DNA of 64,000 bases, from sequence record MK250019.1. One strand, written 5' to 3'. Positions within the stretch are counted from its first letter, which is position 1; each line of letters begins with the position of its first letter. Under the pieces are notes generated by a model. That model was not told the origin of the DNA. It made no database searches and saw nothing but the letters and a program-made list of their open reading frames with translations. This document shows positions 1 through 11,070 of the stretch, one piece after another. The position numbers were made by a program, and so were the translations under genes.

Positions 1-1624
1 GTTCTTGAAGTTTATCTTCATCTGGTACAGAATTCATATCTTTATCGATTTGTGATTTCATCTTATCAATTGCTTTCTTAACATCTTTACGTGCTTGTTC
101 ACGTGCTGCTTTTTCTGTAGGAGACATTTGACCAGAATTTCTACCAGTTTTTGAATTTCCCATAGAACCTTGAGATGATTGGCTCATTTCACCGCTTTGA
201 CCAGATTGTCTATCTTGTGAATCACCAGAATCATTTCCAGATTGTCCTTGATTATCACCATCATCATTTCCTGAATTTCCATATTCATCTGAATTTTCAG
301 AATCATTATTACCAGATTGTGAATCATTTCCAGATTGAGAATCATCATCACCTTGTTCATCAGAATCTGTTCCTGAACCTTTACCCATAGCTTTATCTAA
401 TTCTTTCTGTATCTCATCATTATATGCATCTTGATACTCAGAAGATTTATCACTATTATCTGGCATATCATCCATACCATAATCACTCATAGTATCTGGA
501 TCTGCTGCACTTAAATCTGTATCATCATATGAACCACTTCCTTGACCTTGTTGCCCATCAGATTGATTATTTTGATTACCTGATTGATTCTGTGATCCTT
601 GATTTCCAGATTGTTGTTGAGATGAATCACTCTGCTGACCTTGTGAACCACCTTGACTTTGTGATTGGCTATTATCACCTTGCTGACCACTCTGACCTTG
701 TTGCTGACTTTGTGAAGACTGACTATCACCAGATTGTCCTTGTTGTCCAGATTGCTGTTGAGAATTATTTACCGGATTTTGATTAATTGGTTGTTGTGGT
801 GTAGAAACTTTATTATAGAAATAAGCATCAAAAATAATTTGCCATGGTTCCATTCTAAATCTATCATCAAAAATTCCATCACATTCTTCTGTTGCTCCAG
901 CAAAATATTTTGGAATTTGTTTTTCAAGATCTCGATTTATCTCAGCATCCATTGCAATATTTGCTAATTGATGATTCTTTCCACCTTGTGTTTCTGTTTT
1001 TCTTTCTGCTTGTTCTCTGTGTCTATATATCTGATGATATGCTTCATGACAAATAACATAAAGAACTAATCTAGCCATTGTAATAACTCTATCAGATTGA
1101 GACATACGTTTACCTTGAGACATTAATTCCTTTACTTGTCCTTTCCCTTTATATAAAAGTTGTTCAGCAAATACAGGATTAAATGCTATACGTACTCCAT
1201 CTGATGCAGCTGTATCAATATTAAATGACCACAAAATAGGTTTATTAAATCGACCTAAAATTGGTCCTAATTCTCTGGTTGATGCAGCTTGAGTTTTTGC
1301 CATTTCACAGAAAGATGCAATTTCAGCAGGAATAATTTCTTCTTCTGTTTGTTCTCCTGTTATCGCGTCAGTAATCTTCACTTTAACTGGCACACGCATT
1401 TTAGATACAGGAATAGAATATCCCATATCTTTCATTGTAGCACCTTTATATAACTTTCGCAAATCTAAGCTTTTCTGTTTCATAAGTCTTCCCCATAAAC
1501 CAGCTAATTCACGTTGGTTCTCTTCAGCAGACTTCATTTTAACACCCATTGTATTCTGTACGGTGTTTTTAGAATAAGCTTCGTATACTCGAGTTTTATT
1601 AGTTTTTAACTTTACCTTTACCAT
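1..1624 (-). CDS. DUF2201-type putative metallopeptidase-domain protein (likely VWA-associated), runs off the left edge
   Basis: Open frame from ATG at 1624 to the window edge. It contains TAASDGVRIAFNP, HEAYH (HEXXH) and LANIAMDAEIN, then a long G/Q/S/N/D low-complexity linker. It lies next to a MoxR-like ATPase. Confidence 0.8.
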   Translation of the reverse strand, partial: MVKVKLKTNKTRVYEAYSKNTVQNTMGVKMKSAEENQRELAGLWGRLMKQKSLDLRKLYKGATMKDMGYSIPVSKMRVPVKVKITDAITGEQTEEEIIPAEIASFCEMAKTQAASTRELGPILGRFNKPILWSFNIDTAASDGVRIAFNPVFAEQLLYKGKGQVKELMSQGKRMSQSDRVITMARLVLYVICHEAYHQIYRHREQAERKTETQGGKNHQLANIAMDAEINRDLEKQIPKYFAGATEECDGIFDDRFRMEPWQIIFDAYFYNKVSTPQQPINQNPVNNSQQQSGQQGQSGDSQSSQSQQQGQSGQQGDNSQSQSQGGSQGQQSDSSQQQSGNQGSQNQSGNQNNQSDGQQGQGSGSYDDTDLSAADPDTMSDYGMDDMPDNSDKSSEYQDAYNDEIQKELDKAMGKGSGTDSDEQGDDDSQSGNDSQSGNNDSENSDEYGNSGNDDGDNQGQSGNDSGDSQDRQSGQSGEMSQSSQGSMGNSKTGRNSGQMSPTEKAAREQARKDVKKAIDKMKSQIDKDMNSVPDEDKLQE

Positions 1625-1731
1625 TATGTTAGAAGTAAAAAAATCTTTTTAATATTTATTAAAATAAAAAGAGTGAACATAATTCAAATAATTATATTCA
1701 CTCTTAATATATATTGTTTATTTAATGTTTA

Positions 1732-4518
1732 TTATTTTTTCGCTCTACTCTTAACTGCATTACGTGTTTGATTGAAATCAAACTTCTCTGAACGTGCAAG
1801 AATATTTAATGCAGGTAAAATAGGAACTTTAGATTCTTCAATCTGATGAACATGTGCAATCTATTGAAGACTTGGATCTTTCTTTGTACGAGCAGCTTCA
1901 TATGCAGTAAGGGTCTTTCTAACTGCAACCGTATTATAGAATTCTTTACGTAAATCTGAATCAATATTATTACACTTTTCAAATAATGAAGTTCTCATAT
2001 TATGTGCGATAGAACCAATTTCAGTTTGAATTGAAATCTTAGCAATCCATGATGCAAAGTGCGCATATAATTGAGCAACACGTGAATTAAGTAATGAATT
2101 TACTTTATTACGTAATGTATCAATATCTTGTAATTCTGCATCATCAAATAATAAGTTATGTGTCTTACCATTAATATTAAATGAATATTCTTTAATAAGT
2201 TTCTATGCAGCAGATGAAACCTGACTGTCTGATAATGGTTTAGCATTTTCTAATGTTTCTATATCATTCTTTATATCTTCCTCAAGATCTCCAGGATATG
2301 CAGCTAATACCTATAATGGTAATTCTTTTGCAATACTAGAAATACACTTCCATTTAGAGAATTCTGATGTTGCATACATATCAACTGATAATGGTTTCTT
2401 ATCATCATCATCCTAATATTCAGAAGGCATACTACCAGTTTCCCAAATAGTTGTCATTACCTATGGAGTAAAGATCTTTGAATATTCATTATATGAACGC
2501 CATGCCTTCATAACAGGACCTGTAGCAGTTGCACCATTTGTACCAGTATCATCACCAATTTTATCACGCATATTATCTGTAAAATATGTCATAAAAATAT
2601 TATAACGTCCGCGTATACCAATTGAACTATTACCAGTTGGATCCAATTCATCAAGACCACCATGTTCATCAACCCACCAGTCCCAATAATCATCATCAAG
2701 TTCATTTAATGCATCAATTAAAACATTTGGAAGAATTCCACCATAATATTCTTTATATGTATTTCCTTCATCATCTGTTTTTTCTTCTACAGAAGAATCA
2801 ATTAATTTCTAATAATATTCTTTTCCAGAAATACCATCAGGATTCTCTTCAAACAAATCAATTAAAGCATCTTTATAGAATGGTCCAATTGTATTTGCCC
2901 ATGTACGAGGAGTAACCATACGTTTTGTACGTAAAATAATTTCCTGATTAAGAACATCACTAATCTTAGATAAAGAATCATTCTGATCTTCATGTGCTCT
3001 CTTATCTGCCTCTGGATTATCAAGCATATCATCATATCCACCATTTACAATAGTAGAATACCATACATAATCATCTGAAGCTTCAATAAAATCTGTAATA
3101 AATGGTGGTACATTAGCTTCATGTGTCAAAGGATCAACTTCACGTGCCCATTCAATCCATTCAGTCTTTGAAGGAACATATGTATAATGTGTAAAACGGT
3201 TTGTTTGTGCAGCAGTAGGGAAATATCTTCTATCTTCTGATTCTGCTTCATTCTCATCAATAGAACGGTTAGATGCAAGAACAAAACCCCATTTAGATGC
3301 AACAACATAATTATCACCAAATTTATGATCATTAACAATACCCATGATAATATTTTGAACATTAGGTTCAACACGTGAATACTCATCCATAAATACAACA
3401 CCACCTTCAAAAGGATGTCCATTAGCAGATGTAATTTCTCCTGTATTATCAGTTGAAAGGAATCTACATGTATTACAGAAATAATCACGTTTCTTATTCT
3501 CTTCTGGATCTGATGTATTAAGATATACTGGTAACCAAGTCTTAGGTGTATCTGTAAATCCTTCACGTGTATACATTTGTGATTTCTTTTTTGCTGAACC
3601 AGAATCAAGACCCCATCCAATTTCACGGGTAGCATCACGAGGTAATGTCCAGTTTTCTATTGTATAACCAGCAAGCATAATAACTTCAAGATTCAAGTTA
3701 ATTGCTTTATATTTAGCATTAGCCATATCTTTAATAGTTTGCTTAATGATTGCAGTTTTACCAATACCAGGAGCACCCCATATAAGGAATGGAACAACAT
3801 CAGAGTGTCCGCCAAGAGGACCAGAAATTTGTTCACGAATATTAGTCTTAAGCTTAGAAATTAATTGCTTAGAATTAATAGCAACACCAAAATGGCTGAA
3901 CCCATTACCATCTTTAACTGCATCATATGAATATACAGCTTCATTTAATGCTTTATATAATTTTGTTGGTTTATAATATGTTTCATTAACATATTTAATA
4001 GATTCAGAAATAGTTTCATCTGTTGTTCCTGCACGTTTAATAACACGACTCCAGAAATTAACAATATCTCTACGGTCTTTTGCTATACCTTCTGCAAATG
4101 CCTAATCAATAGTCATACCACCAGTACCTGCAGTTTTCTTTAATGATGCAGATGGTGCAAAATAAACACCCTTTGGTAACATACCTTTTGATGCTTTAAT
4201 TGCTAGGTTACCGACATTATTTAATGACCATGAAACAACCTAATTAGCTGCATCATCAACAAGTGCAATAAAACCTCTTACTTTATCAGTAATATATGAA
4301 GCAACTTTCTTTCCGTATTCTTTAATCTTATCAATAAATCCTTCATTAATCAAAATCTTATTCAATGGTATATTATTTTCGACATAATTATCATCGAAAC
4401 GCATTGAACATGTATCATTTGATTCATTAATTGATAAAAGAATACCATTAATCTTATACTATGTACCTTTAACACTATGTACAAGAGTTGCTGGTATATT
4501 CAATCTAGTTTTTACCAT
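1732..4518 (-). CDS. MoxR-like AAA+ ATPase with long N- and C-terminal extensions (928 aa, 9 in-frame TAG)
   Basis: Walker A WGAPGIGKT, Walker B VVFMDE, LASNR and AQTNRF motifs. Track ORFs 2809..3726 and 2461..2646 are in one frame and join by TAG readthrough to TAA at 1732. Confidence 0.85.
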
Positions 4519-4643
4519 ATTTAAAAATCAAAAAAATTATTTTTTATATTTATCTTATGAAAATATATAGTATTATTCAGTTAAATTATTTATTAATAAA
4601 AATAAAAAGGTAAACTATGATTCAACATAATTTACCTTTTTAA

Positions 4644-5075
4644 TTAAACTTTCTTAATATTTTTATGTTTTGAAAGTCCTATATTATCTAAATATTTATA
4701 TAATTCTTTCACTGAATCTCTATGAATTATCTCTAATTCATCGTTAATAAGTGTTATTTCTATACGTGGTTTTTCATATAAAATATTATCTTCAATAATA
4801 TAATTATTTGCTATATTATCTTCGATATATTCTTTCATATACAATTCATTTAATTTTGTCCTTGTTATTTTACCAGAAAATAACTGTTCAAATATATCAT
4901 CTTTATAATATACACATTCAATTTCTACTTTAAATCCATTAAATTTTAATCGCCGTCTCTTAACAGTTCCTTTACGATGAATTAATGTACATACAAAACT
5001 TTCATTAAGAACATCTTTCTTATCAAATATTTTAATAGAAATAACTTTATCTACGTTTATATATTTGTCTATCAT
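4644..5075 (-). CDS. hypothetical protein (143 aa)
   Basis: Intact ORF whose start overlaps the upstream gene's stop by 4 nt. Confidence 0.7.
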   Translation of the reverse strand: MIDKYINVDKVISIKIFDKKDVLNESFVCTLIHRKGTVKRRRLKFNGFKVEIECVYYKDDIFEQLFSGKITRTKLNELYMKEYIEDNIANNYIIEDNILYEKPRIEITLINDELEIIHRDSVKELYKYLDNIGLSKHKNIKKV

Positions 5076-5812
5076 TTATTCCAATTAAATATATTAAATA
5101 AATTATGATTATTAGCATAATTAAAAGCAGAACTATGTTTATTTCTAAATTCTGTTTTATTTTTACATTTTTTCATAATATCTATAACTTCTATATCATT
5201 CCATTTATATTTTAATCCACCAATACTACCTGCATTCATACGATTTAAGATAGTATAATTCATTTCTTTATAATATTCTACCCAATATATTTCTCTTGTA
5301 GATGCTTCATAAACAGATAAATTTGTTTCAAGAATAATCGGTTCTGGTATATTACCATATTTTGTCATAAAATAATTATAAACAGCAGAATTACTATATT
5401 TCCTTTTATGTTGTTCAAAACGTTTTTTTGAATGTGTCAACCCTATATAAATACTATTTGTTAATTTATCTATATATGCATAAATAAAAAACTGTTTATT
5501 TAATAAATGAAATTCTTTACTTTTTGATAACCATGAAAATGTATTAATCCATGCTTTTTCATTTGATAATTTACATAAATAATTATCATGTTCATAAAAA
5601 TCTATATAAGTATTATATTTTTTCGCAATATTATATACTTCATTATATGACCATAAAGAATAATTATTTATTGGTAATACTTTATCTAATAAACCATTAT
5701 TCTTTGTATATGTATATAATGTTCTGTTATGATGACATAAATCTCTTCTATTTTTATATTTAGTTAATAATAATTCTAACTATTCATTTGTATAATTATC
5801 ATATTTTTTCAT
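5072..5812 (-). CDS. GIY-YIG homing endonuclease (246 aa, 1 TAG)
   Basis: FIYAYIDKLTNSIYIGLT..KRFEQH..E..W motif. The frame extends upstream of the track ORF to ATG at 5812 through one TAG and includes W-x-x-x-E-V helical repeats. Confidence 0.8.
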
Positions 5813-5817
5813 AATTT

Positions 5818-6357
5818 TTACTTTTTAAATACATCAATATCATCATCCAAACCTGTACTCATTACTGTCTTTGAACGACCTGAAGAAACTATTGTATACT
5901 CAATATCTGCGGTATTACTAATAAACCACTTTCCTGGATAACGTGCACACAAATCTCTATGCTCTCTTACAATATCTAACATTCGTTCCTGATTCTTCTG
6001 AAACTCTGTTCGCAATACCTCTACACTTTGCATAATATTCTTATAAAGACTTGCATCAAACTGAGGATTTGCTTCAGTAATCCACTTCATCAATGAACCA
6101 TCATTTGCATCATAACGTTCACTCATGATATGTGTGTAAATCTTGTCAAAATCAGATGCATACTTATCACTGATTTGCGCCTGCTGGGCAATAACTTTCC
6201 ACATCTTATCATGACAACCTTCAATCTTTCCACGCTGTGCTTCAGCTTCATTTCTCAATGAAATTTCCTGGTTATTATATGTAAAATACATAGATACACC
6301 AGAGATTACAAAAATACCGATAACCACGGCAATAATAACAATTACAATCTTCTTCAT
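5818..6357 (-). CDS. membrane-anchored LemA-like protein (179 aa)
   Basis: N-terminal hydrophobic helix followed by a helical domain (YNNQEISLRNEAEAQ...YPGKWFI) resembling phage LemA-like proteins. Confidence 0.55.
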   Translation of the reverse strand: MKKIVIVIIAVVIGIFVISGVSMYFTYNNQEISLRNEAEAQRGKIEGCHDKMWKVIAQQAQISDKYASDFDKIYTHIMSERYDANDGSLMKWITEANPQFDASLYKNIMQSVEVLRTEFQKNQERMLDIVREHRDLCARYPGKWFISNTADIEYTIVSSGRSKTVMSTGLDDDIDVFKK

Positions 6358-6375
6358 AAATTATTTAATAAATTA

Positions 6376-6534
6376 TTATTTAGTATTATTTTTATTTAAT
6401 TCATAAACAACAAAATGATGATATTCATCCATTGCTTTTTTTAATTGTGATGCATCAGTAGACAAATACTGAGCAGCAACATACATATTATCTGCTAATT
6501 TTTTTAATTTTTCAAATTTCTCATTTATATTCAT
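6376..6534 (-). CDS. small hypothetical protein (52 aa)
   Basis: ATG..TAA ORF (MNINEKFEKLKKLADNMYVAAQYLSTDASQLKKAMDEYHHFVVYELNKNNTK) filling the gap in a co-oriented gene run. Confidence 0.6.
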   Translation of the reverse strand: MNINEKFEKLKKLADNMYVAAQYLSTDASQLKKAMDEYHHFVVYELNKNNTK

Positions 6535-6544
6535 AACAATGAAA

Positions 6545-6769
6545 TTACATTACTTTTCGATAATATACATTTCCTTCTTCCTCAAACATTTCAATCTGAG
6601 AAACCTCATAATCTGTATATTCATTTCCGTTAGAAAAGTCTGTTAATTTTCCATCTGTAGATTTAATATGTCCAGAAATAGTATTATCTCCACATGGATG
6701 AATTTCATATACACCATTTGTATTCTTTACTTCTGTAATAGTTCTTACAATATCACCAATCATTACCAT
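6545..6769 (-). CDS. hypothetical protein (74 aa)
   Basis: Intact TAG-free ORF in an operon-like run. Confidence 0.65.
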   Translation of the reverse strand: MVMIGDIVRTITEVKNTNGVYEIHPCGDNTISGHIKSTDGKLTDFSNGNEYTDYEVSQIEMFEEEGNVYYRKVM

Positions 6770-6798
6770 ATTAATATTTTTTATTTAATTAAACATTA

Positions 6799-7176
6799 TT
6801 AAAGTTTCTCTACCAATGTATCAAGATTATCTATAGTAATTCCTTGAACATCGAATTCTATTTTATTATCATTAATATTTTTTACAGTTAATACACTATA
6901 ATCATAATAAATCTTATCACCTACTGTAAGTTCAGAAGCTTTAACCATTTTAGATTCACCATAATTATGAGTTTCTCTACGGAATTCATCCATACCTTCA
7001 ATTGTAATTGGACAAATAGCTTCATAATGTTCTAATATCCATTCTTTACTACAATTGCCAGATACAAATTCAGGAGCACCATAGCCTTTTGGCAATCCTA
7101 AATAGTCCTTTACTTTAGACATATTATCTACATATTCTGATGCCTTATACCACTTTATATTATTATTTGTATTCAT
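6799..7176 (-). CDS. hypothetical protein (125 aa)
   Basis: Intact TAG-free ORF directly downstream of a TGTATCTTTG promoter. Confidence 0.75.
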   Translation of the reverse strand: MNTNNNIKWYKASEYVDNMSKVKDYLGLPKGYGAPEFVSGNCSKEWILEHYEAICPITIEGMDEFRRETHNYGESKMVKASELTVGDKIYYDYSVLTVKNINDNKIEFDVQGITIDNLDTLVEKL

Positions 7177-7216
7177 AATCTTTATTTTTTAATTGTTTAT
7201 TATTTCATTAACAATA

Positions 7217-7226
7217 CAAAGATACA
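7217..7226 (-). promoter_or_regulatory. Bacteroidota-type -7 promoter element (TGTATCTTTG)
   Basis: Matches the TAnnTTTG consensus about 40 nt upstream of ATG 7176. The same 10-mer precedes five other gene runs. Confidence 0.75.
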
Positions 7227-7245
7227 CATTTTATTTCAAATAAAA

Positions 7246-7275
7246 AAATCTTGGATAAAAAAATATCCAAGATTT
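7246..7275. terminator. intrinsic terminator hairpin after clpX
   Basis: AAATCTTGGATA / TATCCAAGATTT inverted repeat, with a T-tract on the minus strand. Confidence 0.65.
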
Positions 7276-7299
7276 AAAATGATAATTTAAAAATAATAA

Positions 7300-9507
7300 T
7301 TAATTATATGTATTTTCATACTCCAATAGTTTTTCCTTAGCATATTCTATTGTTATATGAAGTTGTTTTTCATCAGTTGCTGGCATTTTATACATATCAT
7401 CAGATAATAATGCTTCTACAATACCTCTTAAACCTCTTGCACCTAATTTATTCTTTATTGATAATTTAACAATATAATCATATACATCATCATCAATAAT
7501 AAGTTCAATACCATCTAATTCAAATAATTTTTTGAATTGTTTTATAATTGCATTCTTAGGTTCAATCAATATTCTTTTCAAATCTTCTTCTGATAATGGA
7601 TTAAGATATGTAATAATTGGAAGACGTCCAATTAATTCCGGTATTAAACCAAAATTCTTAAAATCTTCAGCATTTGCATATTTAAGAATATTATTATTTT
7701 CTTTATCTTCTATATATTGTTTATTCTCTTCTTTAGATATAAAACCTAATGAAGATTTATTCATACGTCTTTCAATAATTTTATCTAAACCTACAAAAGC
7801 GCCTCCACAAATAAACAAAATATTTTTTGTATCAACTTGAACCATTTTTGCATCAGGATGTTTTCTGCCTCCCTTTGGCGGAACATTTACAACAGTACCT
7901 TCAATAATCTTAAGTAACGCTTGTTGAACACCTTCACCTGAAACATCTCTTGTTATAGACGGATTACCTCCAGACTTTCTTGCAATCTTATCACAATTAC
8001 CAGTAACAGTAACAAAATTATTTTGACGAATCATTATCATACCGCTAGGAACAGTAACACAATATACATCATCAGTAAAATCTTTATATACTTTTAATAA
8101 TTTACTGTGTTGAGACATATATTTTTTATTTTTTATTACACAACAATATGAAATATTATATCCTTTTTTATATCTATTATGAATAGAACAACTCATACCA
8201 GAAGTATGAACAATAGTTTGTATAAATAACATTTCATCTAATTTAGAACTTGTAAAATATATATTATCCTTATAATAATTTAATAATCCATCCCAATATC
8301 TTAATTCATTTAAGAATAATTTCTTTTGTCTTATAGATGCGGTTATTAAACAATCTAGACATAATGTTTTCTTTCCATCCTTAAAAAATGGCATATTAGA
8401 TATATCACCAAAATAAAAATTATGGTAACTATTTTTTTCATTAAATGTATATGTATATTTTATATGTAAATTATTTAATATTTCATTTAATCTATTATAT
8501 TTTCGTTCTTTTTTAACGGTTAAATAACCATATTTACCATTTTTTATACAACCATCTGCAGCAAATGCCACTATAAATTTTAACATATCATCAGATATAT
8601 CTATATCATTTCCGTCAAAAATACCTGTAACCGGGAAATCATATCCTTGATTTAATGATTTTTCTGCAATTACTTTTTTAATTATATATTTGTCTCTGTA
8701 TTTGCCATGACTAATAACAACTCTATTATGATTTGGTGTAGATGTATGTATTATTTGACCTGTTTTTGAATTTTGCAATGATAATAATCCATTTAAACAC
8801 TTATGCTTTACTATCCTTTCAGAATTTACTAATGACATTGTGCTATCACTATTCCATTGCATTATCTTTGTAGAATCTGTTAAATCTTTAAAAGGAATAA
8901 AACCATTTTCTGTCATTACTTCAGTATTTCCATCAAAACATTCATCTAAAAAGACTATGCCATGTTCTGCTTTCTTAATATCATAATCACATGCTTGAAG
9001 AAGTCTTGTAATAGAAGTTTCTACATCATCACCTACATAACCTGCTTCTGTAATTGAATTGCAATCTACTATGCTAATAGGCACATCTAACATTTTTGCA
9101 ATTGATTTCACTAATAACGTTTTTCCAACACCAGTTTCCCCACAAAGTATGCAATTTGACTTCTCAATTTCAACATCATCAAATCCTTTTTGCTTTATTC
9201 GTTTATAATGGTTATAAACTGCAACTGCTAATCTTTGTTTTGCTTTATCTTGTCCAATAACATATTGATCTAGAAATTCTTTAATCTCTGTAGGTTTCTT
9301 TACATCATCTTTATGAAATTCATCTTCTGGTATAAAATTTGTATTATGATTAATTATACTAAGATTCATATTGTATATTTGATCACAACACTCATTACAT
9401 ATACTACCAAATTCACCATTAAATAATAATGCAACATCTTTTTTTGTTTTACCACAAAATGAACATTTGTTTTCTTTATTTGTATCTTTATCTTTCTTAA
9501 CTGCCAT
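7300..9507 (-). CDS. clpX: ClpX ATP-dependent protease ATPase subunit containing an intein (735 aa precursor, about 420 aa mature)
   Basis: Zn-binding CSFCGK...ICNECC, Walker [33 protein letters not shown] and IPELIGRLP. Confidence 0.95.
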   Translation of the reverse strand: MAVKKDKDTNKENKCSFCGKTKKDVALLFNGEFGSICNECCDQIYNMNLSIINHNTNFIPEDEFHKDDVKKPTEIKEFLDQYVIGQDKAKQRLAVAVYNHYKRIKQKGFDDVEIEKSNCILCGETGVGKTLLVKSIAKMLDVPISIVDCNSITEAGYVGDDVETSITRLLQACDYDIKKAEHGIVFLDECFDGNTEVMTENGFIPFKDLTDSTKIMQWNSDSTMSLVNSERIVKHKCLNGLLSLQNSKTGQIIHTSTPNHNRVVISHGKYRDKYIIKKVIAEKSLNQGYDFPVTGIFDGNDIDISDDMLKFIVAFAADGCIKNGKYGYLTVKKERKYNRLNEILNNLHIKYTYTFNEKNSYHNFYFGDISNMPFFKDGKKTLCLDCLITASIRQKKLFLNELRYWDGLLNYYKDNIYFTSSKLDEMLFIQTIVHTSGMSCSIHNRYKKGYNISYCCVIKNKKYMSQHSKLLKVYKDFTDDVYCVTVPSGMIMIRQNNFVTVTGNCDKIARKSGGNPSITRDVSGEGVQQALLKIIEGTVVNVPPKGGRKHPDAKMVQVDTKNILFICGGAFVGLDKIIERRMNKSSLGFISKEENKQYIEDKENNNILKYANAEDFKNFGLIPELIGRLPIITYLNPLSEEDLKRILIEPKNAIIKQFKKLFELDGIELIIDDDVYDYIVKLSIKNKLGARGLRGIVEALLSDDMYKMPATDEKQLHITIEYAKEKLLEYENTYN
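7996..8940 (-). mobile_element. intein (315 aa) with LAGLIDADG-type endonuclease domain, inserted in ClpX Walker B
   Basis: Begins [10 protein letters not shown] right after GIVFLDE and ends VYCVTVPSG...VTGN before Cys(+1)-DKIARK. Internal motifs [11 protein letters not shown] and NELRYWDG. Confidence 0.92.
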
Positions 9508-9548
9508 AATTAAAAACTAAAACTTAAATAACTATAATAACAACATAT

Positions 9549-9577
9549 ATTATAGTCAAAAATATGTTAATTGTTTA
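9549..9577 (-). promoter_or_regulatory. class II promoter (TAAACA-N17-TATAAT) upstream of clpX
   Basis: Exact 17-nt spacer, with the same architecture at about 12 intergenic sites. Confidence 0.55.
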
Positions 9578-9619
9578 TTCTATAAATAAAATAATAAAAC
9601 TAATCTAATAATTAAATAT

Positions 9620-9817
9620 ATGAAAAATAATAAAAAGTCTCCTATTAAAAATAAAAATATAAAAGGAAAAATAGGTTCTGAAGGCGGTTATTATATTGAT
9701 AACTGTCCTGTTTTAATTCCTAAAGAAAATATTAAATTTTTTACTGCAATGCAAAAAGCATGTTCAGTCAATCCATATGGAAATTATGGAAATGCATATA
9801 ATAAGAAATTATTGTAA
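9620..9817 (+). CDS. small basic hypothetical protein (65 aa)
   Basis: ATG..TAA ORF preceded by TATAAATA (9581) and followed by a bidirectional terminator. Confidence 0.55.
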   Translation: MKNNKKSPIKNKNIKGKIGSEGGYYIDNCPVLIPKENIKFFTAMQKACSVNPYGNYGNAYNKKLL

Positions 9818-9818
9818 T

Positions 9819-9865
9819 AAAAAAGAAGATATAAGTTTTTCAAAATTAACTTATATCTTCTTTTT
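9819..9865. terminator. bidirectional intrinsic terminator between convergent genes
   Basis: AAAAAGAAGATATAAGTT / AACTTATATCTTCTTTTT inverted repeat. Confidence 0.75.
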
Positions 9866-9886
9866 ATTTTATATATTAATTTATAA

Positions 9887-10435
9887 TTAAAATTTTAAAC
9901 CATTCATCATTTCAAAAACCTTAATCTTATTATTAATTCCATAAATAATATTATCAATAGTTGAAATAGTATCTTTCATATATTTACAAAAATTATCTAA
10001 TAAATCTACTGATTCTTTTTCTGCTGACAACTGAGATTCTATTTGTAAATTAATAGCACTTTCATTTGTATAACGAATACCAGAAGATCCTGATTTCAAA
10101 GCTAAATATATACTTGATGCTTTTGTTTTATAATCTCTTGTTTGTTTACTTAAAATTTTTGCTGTTCCATAAAATAAATCTATTGCTTCTTGTCTTTTCA
10201 AATAAACTTCATTCATTAATCCATCTATAGATTTAAGATCTTTCATACGTTCATTAAGAGACTTTATAATATCAGTCCATTTATCCTGTAAATTTGTTAA
10301 TGAATTTTCCAAAGAATTCTGCTGTTGTGTATTTGTTTGTACAGATGTATTATTAACACCAGAATTATTTTGAATTGAATTATTATCTATATTATTTATT
10401 GTATTATTATCTTGCTGTGTATTTTCTTCATTCAT
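9887..10435 (-). CDS. helical protein, possibly a UvsY-like recombination mediator (182 aa)
   Basis: The C-terminus (LLDNFCKYMKDTISTIDNIIYGINNKIKVFEMMNG) has the pattern of T4-like UvsY C-termini. The N-terminus is N/Q low-complexity. Confidence 0.45.
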   Translation of the reverse strand: MNEENTQQDNNTINNIDNNSIQNNSGVNNTSVQTNTQQQNSLENSLTNLQDKWTDIIKSLNERMKDLKSIDGLMNEVYLKRQEAIDLFYGTAKILSKQTRDYKTKASSIYLALKSGSSGIRYTNESAINLQIESQLSAEKESVDLLDNFCKYMKDTISTIDNIIYGINNKIKVFEMMNGLKF

Positions 10436-10460
10436 ATAATTAAAGAACTATTCTTTATAC

Positions 10461-10489
10461 ATTATATATATAATAAAAAATAAAGTCTT
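10461..10489 (-). promoter_or_regulatory. class II promoter (AAGACT-N17-TATAAT)
   Basis: Exact 17-nt spacer; the -10 ends 26 nt upstream of ATG 10435. Confidence 0.65.
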
Positions 10490-10683
10490 AAATGAATAAT
10501 TTAATTAAAATCATATTTTAAAAATAATTTCAATCTCTAAAAGGAAATACCTTCTGAAAAAGAAAGAATNNNNNNNNNNNNNNNNNNNNNNNNNNNNNNN
10601 NNNNNNNNNNNNNNNNNNNNNNGTTAAATAAAATTTTTATTTAATTTTTAAATATCTATCATTACCTTAATATCTTAATATTA

Positions 10684-10712
10684 ATTATACTTGAGTTTTG
10701 TGAAAAAGTCTA
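10684..10712 (-). promoter_or_regulatory. class II promoter (TAGACT-N17-TATAAT) facing the N-gap at 10570-10622
   Basis: Exact 17-nt spacer. The -35 side is duplicated at about 10989, next to the second N-gap. Confidence 0.55.
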
Positions 10713-11070
10713 CATTTTTGTGAAAAAAGTTTAATAAAAATTAAAAATAATTTATAACTAATTAATAATCAATAATATTTATATGATAATTTATACAAAT
10801 TCTAAATAATATAATAAAAAATACTTACATTTCCGAAAGACTTACCTTACTAAATTCTATTAAATTAAATAAATAGAATAAAAATTAAATTAAAATTATA
10901 AATTTATAAATTAAATTTTTTCATATATTATATATAGATCTATCACAANNNNNNNNNNNNNNNNNNNNNNNNNNNNGGGCTTTTGAGAAAAAGTCTACAT
11001 TTTTGAGAAATATTTTTAATAAATTCTAAAAATAATTTATAAGTAATTGAAAATCAAATAATTTAGATAT

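Noticed and set aside
175-967. Track ORFs 175..390, 511..729, 529..786 and 734..967
   Set aside because: Alternative-frame or antisense shadows of the low-complexity linker of the real minus-strand gene (1..1624).
2622-3976. Track ORFs overlapping the AAA ATPase in other frames or strands
   Set aside because: Shadow ORFs. The motif-bearing frame is continuous from 4518 to 1732.
10570-10977. Assigning content to the N-gaps
   Set aside because: Sequence unknown and gap lengths may be estimates.
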